Source: Thermoanaerobaculia bacterium (lineage in GTDB: Bacteria; Acidobacteriota; Thermoanaerobaculia; UBA5066). Taken from it: 64,000 bases of DNA. Within the stretch, counting starts at the first letter, position 1; every line of letters begins with the position of its first letter. The position numbers and the translations under genes are program-made. The notes beneath the pieces were generated by a model that searched no databases, was not told where the DNA came from, and saw nothing but the letters and a program-made list of their open reading frames with translations. Positions 60,361-64,000 of this stretch are shown here, piece after piece. Location: contig CAWFJJ010000025.1 of assembly GCA_963816185.1 (NCBI GenBank), positions 448,001 to 512,000 on the forward strand, in the 5' to 3' direction.

Positions 60361-60404
60361 ACTGACCAGGGCGTTATTTGGACTGACCACACGGTCATTG
60401 TCAA
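60361..60404 (-). promoter_or_regulatory. TetR operator palindrome overlapping the efflux operon promoter
   Basis: TGACC-acac-GGTCA at 60384-60397, adjacent to minus-strand TTGACA (60404-60399); second half-site ACTGACCA at 60361. Confidence 0.7.
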
Positions 60405-60440
60405 GCCCTGCTTCAGGTGCCGACGAACACCGTGGTTGCG

Positions 60441-61367
60441 CTACTCCCTGGCCACCGGTACGAGGAAGCTCGTCGAGACCTTGCCGCTGCCCTCCCGGCC
60501 GGCCGCGCCATGGAGCTTCGACAGGTCCAGCGTGACGGTGACCGTCTCGCCCGGCGCGAAGTCGCGGGACGGCGAGAACCGCAGGAGCCCGTCGCGCTCG
60601 AGGTACGACACGGTGCCGGGGATCTCGCCCGACTTCGACCCGAGCGCGAGAACCGCGTTCTCGCCCACGCCGTCCGGCGCGAGCGGCGCGGAGAGGAGGA
60701 ACGTCACGGTCACGCGCCGGGCGGACACGATCGAGCCCTTCGCGGGGAAGACGTCTGCGGCTCCGGGAGCGGGCATGCCCGACTCGCCGTGGCCGCCGAG
60801 GGGGATCACGACGAAGACGGGAGGAAGAGGCAGGGGAGGAGGCGGCGGGAGGTGCGAATGCCGCGCGCCGAGTATCGCGAGGATGACGATCGCGACGACC
60901 GTGAGGGCCGCCACGACGATCCAGAAGACGGGCACCTTCTTCAGGACGACGCTGACGGTCGTCTTCTGGCCCGCGGAAATCTCGAAAGTCTTGTCGCCCG
61001 GGTTCTCGAGGGCCTCGATGTCGCCCTCCGCCGTGAGGCGCCGGGTCACTCGGAGGCGGTACTTGCCGGGGGTCAGGTCCGTGAGGCTCCACGCCGGCGC
61101 CATCGAGCGCCCGACGGTTTCCTCACCCGAGGCGGTCACGCGGTCGAGCTCGGACAGGACCGGGTACGGAACGGCTTGCCCCGCGTCGCGGTCGCCCGCT
61201 TTCTCGAACACGGAGACGACGAGCGCACCGGTTCGCGGCGCGGACGATCCGGCTGGGCCCTCGAGCGCGGAGCGCTGGACGCCGATCGACACGCAGCCGT
61301 CGAAAGCGAGCGGCGCGAGGGCGACGAGGAGGGTTCTGGCGACGGGGCGAAGGAGCGGGCGGCGCAT
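60441..61367 (-). CDS. Putative lipoprotein with internal TM helix and C-terminal Ig-like (Big_5/SbsA-like) domain
   Basis: Signal peptide ending FDG-C; LTPGKYRLRV beta-sandwich; TM WIVVAALTVVAIVILAILG; FPAKG..VTVTF..FSPSRDFAPGETVTVTL. Confidence 0.65.
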   Translation of the reverse strand: MRRPLLRPVARTLLVALAPLAFDGCVSIGVQRSALEGPAGSSAPRTGALVVSVFEKAGDRDAGQAVPYPVLSELDRVTASGEETVGRSMAPAWSLTDLTPGKYRLRVTRRLTAEGDIEALENPGDKTFEISAGQKTTVSVVLKKVPVFWIVVAALTVVAIVILAILGARHSHLPPPPPLPLPPVFVVIPLGGHGESGMPAPGAADVFPAKGSIVSARRVTVTFLLSAPLAPDGVGENAVLALGSKSGEIPGTVSYLERDGLLRFSPSRDFAPGETVTVTLDLSKLHGAAGREGSGKVSTSFLVPVARE

Positions 61368-61442
61368 GACGATGTCCTCTCATGAAGCATGCCACCGGAA
61401 TCGTCCTCTTCGGGAACCGCTCGTCCCCTAAGATCCGACTCG

Positions 61443-62423
61443 ATGAAGACCGCCTTCACCGAAGCGGCCGGCGTCGAGGTGCCGCTGATCTGCGGGGCGA
61501 TGTATCCGTGCAGCAACCCCGAGCTCGTGGCGGCGGTCTCCGAGGCCGGGGGACTCGGCGTCGTGCAGCCGCTTTCCCTCGTCTTCGTCCACGGGCGCGA
61601 TTTCCGGGCGGGGCTGCGCGAGATCAAGGCCCTCACGGAGAAACCGATCGGCGTGAACGTCCTCACCGAGAGGTCGCTCTCCGCGGTCTATGCCAAGCGC
61701 ATGTCGCGCTGGGTGGACGAGGCGCTGGAGGAAGGCGTGCGTTTCTTCGTGACGGCGCTCGGCGATCCTCGATGGGTCGTCCAGCGCGTCCATGCAGCCG
61801 GCGGCGTCGTCTACCACGACGTCATCGACCGGCGCTGGGCGGAAAAGGCTCTCGAGAAAGGCGTGGACGGCCTCATCTGCGTGAACTGCCGGGCCGGCGG
61901 CCATCTCGGCAGGCTTGGACCGGAAGAGCTGTACGCGTCCCTGGCCGGCTTCGGGGTGCCGCTCGTCTGCGCAGGCGGCGTCGGAAGCGAGCGGGAGTTC
62001 AAGGCGATGCTGGGCATCGGGTACGCAGCGGTCCAGGCCGGCACGCGCTTCATCGCGACGAAAGAGTGCACGGCTCACGCGGACTACAAGAAGGCGATCC
62101 TCGACGCGGAGGAGGACGACGTCGTCGCGACGGAGAGGATCACGGGCGTGCCCTTGTCGGTGATCCGAACGCCCTTCATCGAGCGCATGGGGACGAAGGC
62201 GGGGCCGCTCGCGCGCCTCATGCTCAAGGGCCGGAAGACGAAGCACCTCGTCCGCGGCTATTACTCGCTGAGATCGGCGTTCACTCTCAAGGGCGCCTCT
62301 CTCAAGGGCGCGACGTCGAGCGACTGCTGGCAGGCGGGGAAGAGCGTCGCGACGATCGAGAAGGTCGAGCCGGCGGGCGAGATCGTGCGCCGCTTCGCGG
62401 CGGCGGGGGCCTCAGCGGGCTGA
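61443..62423 (+). CDS. Nitronate monooxygenase / FabK-like FMN-dependent oxidoreductase
   Basis: PLICGAMYPCSNPELVAAVSEAGGLG, RAGGH, VCAGGVG, GTRFIATKEC, WQAGKSV. Confidence 0.9.
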   Translation: MKTAFTEAAGVEVPLICGAMYPCSNPELVAAVSEAGGLGVVQPLSLVFVHGRDFRAGLREIKALTEKPIGVNVLTERSLSAVYAKRMSRWVDEALEEGVRFFVTALGDPRWVVQRVHAAGGVVYHDVIDRRWAEKALEKGVDGLICVNCRAGGHLGRLGPEELYASLAGFGVPLVCAGGVGSEREFKAMLGIGYAAVQAGTRFIATKECTAHADYKKAILDAEEDDVVATERITGVPLSVIRTPFIERMGTKAGPLARLMLKGRKTKHLVRGYYSLRSAFTLKGASLKGATSSDCWQAGKSVATIEKVEPAGEIVRRFAAAGASAG

Positions 62424-62426
62424 GGC

Positions 62427-63857
62427 TCAGCCCCCTTTGGGGTGGCGGAGGCGCGTAGAAAGACACGGCCCGGACGTTCTCGTCGATCGAAAGGCGCTGC
62501 TGCACCGGCGGGAATGCGCGCTGCTCGCAGTCGGTGCGCTCGCAGAGCCGGCAGGACGTGCCGATGGGGACGAGGGCTTCGTCGTTCGTCACGTCCACGC
62601 CGTCCGCGTAGACGAGGCGCTTCGCGTGCGCCAGCGCGCAGCCGAGCCCGACCGCGAGGAGCGTGTGGCCCGCCGTAGCCGCCGCGGCGCGCGCGGATGG
62701 TGCGCGCGATGCAGAAGTACTTCGCGCCGTCGGGCATGATCGAGAGCTGCGTCCGGATGTTGCCGGGCGACATGAACGCCTTGTGCACGTTCCAGCGCGG
62801 GCAGGAGCCGAGAAGCGTGCGAAGCGGATGCCGGAGGCGGAGAAGCGCTTGGACGTGTTTCCGGCGATGTCGACGCGGACGAAATGGAACGGCACGCCGG
62901 AGGCGCCGGCCTCTGGAGAGTCGTGAGGCGGTGGCAGACCTGCTCGAAGCTCGTCCGGAAGCGGTGGCCGAGGAGCTCGATGTCGTAGCGCTCGGCTTCG
63001 GCCGCCGCGAGGAACGGCTCGTACGGCATGAGAACCGCGGACGCGAAGTAGTTCGACAGCGCGATGCGGCCGAGCGTGACCGAGTCGGGCGTCGTGAGGT
63101 GCTCGGCGTCGAGGATCTCCTGGAACTCCCGCGAGAGCGTCAGGAGGCCGATCTGCTGGGCAATGTTGAAATTCGGCTGCGCGGGGCGAGGACTCGGAAA
63201 GCGAGAGGCGTTTGGTCTCGGGGTCGTACCGGCGTAAGGCCGTGCCGCTCTTCTCGATCGTCACGATCGAGACCTCGACGCCGTGGACGTCGCGCAGGTG
63301 GCGGACCATCGTCCCGTAGAGGTCGTCCGGCTCGAGGCGCGCCTCGCGAATCAGAGCTTTCGGCAGCCGCTTCGAGCGACGGAAAATAATTCCGGTTCCT
63401 CTGGATGAGGTCCGAGACCTCCTCCGAGGGCAGGCCCGCGAGGTCCGTCCCGGGAGCTGTGCGTTCTCGGAAATCCGGGCCGCGAGAGCTTCGACGGTCT
63501 CCCGCGAGCTCTGGTACGCGTGATAGAGCGTGAGGACGGCGCGCGCCGCCGCGGGCTGCCCGGCGAGCTCGGCGACGTCGTTCGTCGTGAGCTCGTGCTC
63601 CTCGAAGAGCGGATCCACGAACACTTCGCGAAGGTCCTCTCCGAGGCGCACCCCTCGTCCTCGGCGAAGGTCGCGACTCGACGCGGAAGAGCTGCGCGAG
63701 CTTCACGAGCAGCGTAGCCGTGAGCGGCCGCTGGTCGTGCTCGATGAGGTTGAGGTAGCTGGCCGAGACCCGAGCTTCTCGGCGAGCTGAGCTTGCGTCA
63801 GCGTGTTCTGCCTGCGAAGGGAGCGCACGCGGCGCCCCATGTTGCTCTTCTGGCCAT
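62427..63857 (-). CDS. RamB/PrpR-like short-chain fatty acyl-CoA regulator (ScfR family: XRE HTH + IrrE-like + C-terminal Cys cluster); many frameshifts
   Basis: SASYLNLIEHDQRPLT, PSEEVSDLIQRNRNYF, MPYEPF..RYDIE..SFEQVCHRLTTLQRP, RVDIAGNTSKRFS, IGTSCRLCERTDCEQRAFP; ends approximate. Confidence 0.88.
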
Positions 63858-63888
63858 CGGACCTCTCGCGGGGCGAATGCTACAGCGG

Positions 63889-63994
63889 ATTTACAAGACA
63901 TTACAGATTTTCAGCCGAAGTGAGATATGACATGACTTCACAACTCATTGCAGGTCAATTCTTTATTGACGTTGGCCTGCATGATGCAAAGAAT
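63889..63994. promoter_or_regulatory. Putative ScfR-type direct-repeat site and divergent sigma70 promoter
   Basis: TTTACAAG-ac-ATTACAGA repeat at 63890-63907; plus-strand TTGACG-17 bp-AAGAAT at 63966-63994. Confidence 0.5.
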
Positions 63995-64000
63995 CATTCT

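Noticed and set aside
1-64000. rRNA, tRNA, integrase, transposase or prophage
   Set aside because: None recognised by eye; the phage-tail-like genes are all T6SS components. A covariance-model scan was not possible.

Overview
Very GC-rich bacterial DNA, plausibly Acidobacteriota/Thermoanaerobaculia-like (inferred from gene content and style only). About 40 kb (1.5-41 kb) is a complete type VI secretion system (T6SS) locus: tssA, B, C, E, F, G, H/clpV, J-like, K, L, M, two tandem hcp genes, two vgrG genes, two PAAR-type genes, tagJ and tagF. It has two spike/effector modules. The first is vgrG-DUF2169-PRK06147-like-DUF4150 PAAR-AHH nuclease-Imm11-DUF6484-like-TIGR02270. The second is an evolved VgrG with a C-terminal HExxH (M91/NleD-like) metallopeptidase, followed by a putative Tat-exported immunity gene and a PAAR with a long Ala-rich insertion. 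The most unusual parts are (i) a regulatory head of the membrane-complex operon made of a zinc-ribbon-containing degenerate Ser/Thr kinase plus an FHA-ClpN-like fusion, with a second FHA protein alongside and no PppA phosphatase in the window, and (ii) an extra single-chain TssB/TssC-like sheath gene coupled to an unknown gene. To the right lie a MerR/c-di-GMP/two-component cluster, an RsbW/RsbV partner switch, a prenyl synthase, a TetR-USP-RND efflux operon, a nitronate monooxygenase and a RamB/ScfR-type regulator. Many genes carry small indels, most likely long-read assembly errors. No rRNA, tRNA, CRISPR array or transposase was recognised. All family calls are from motif recognition, not database searches.
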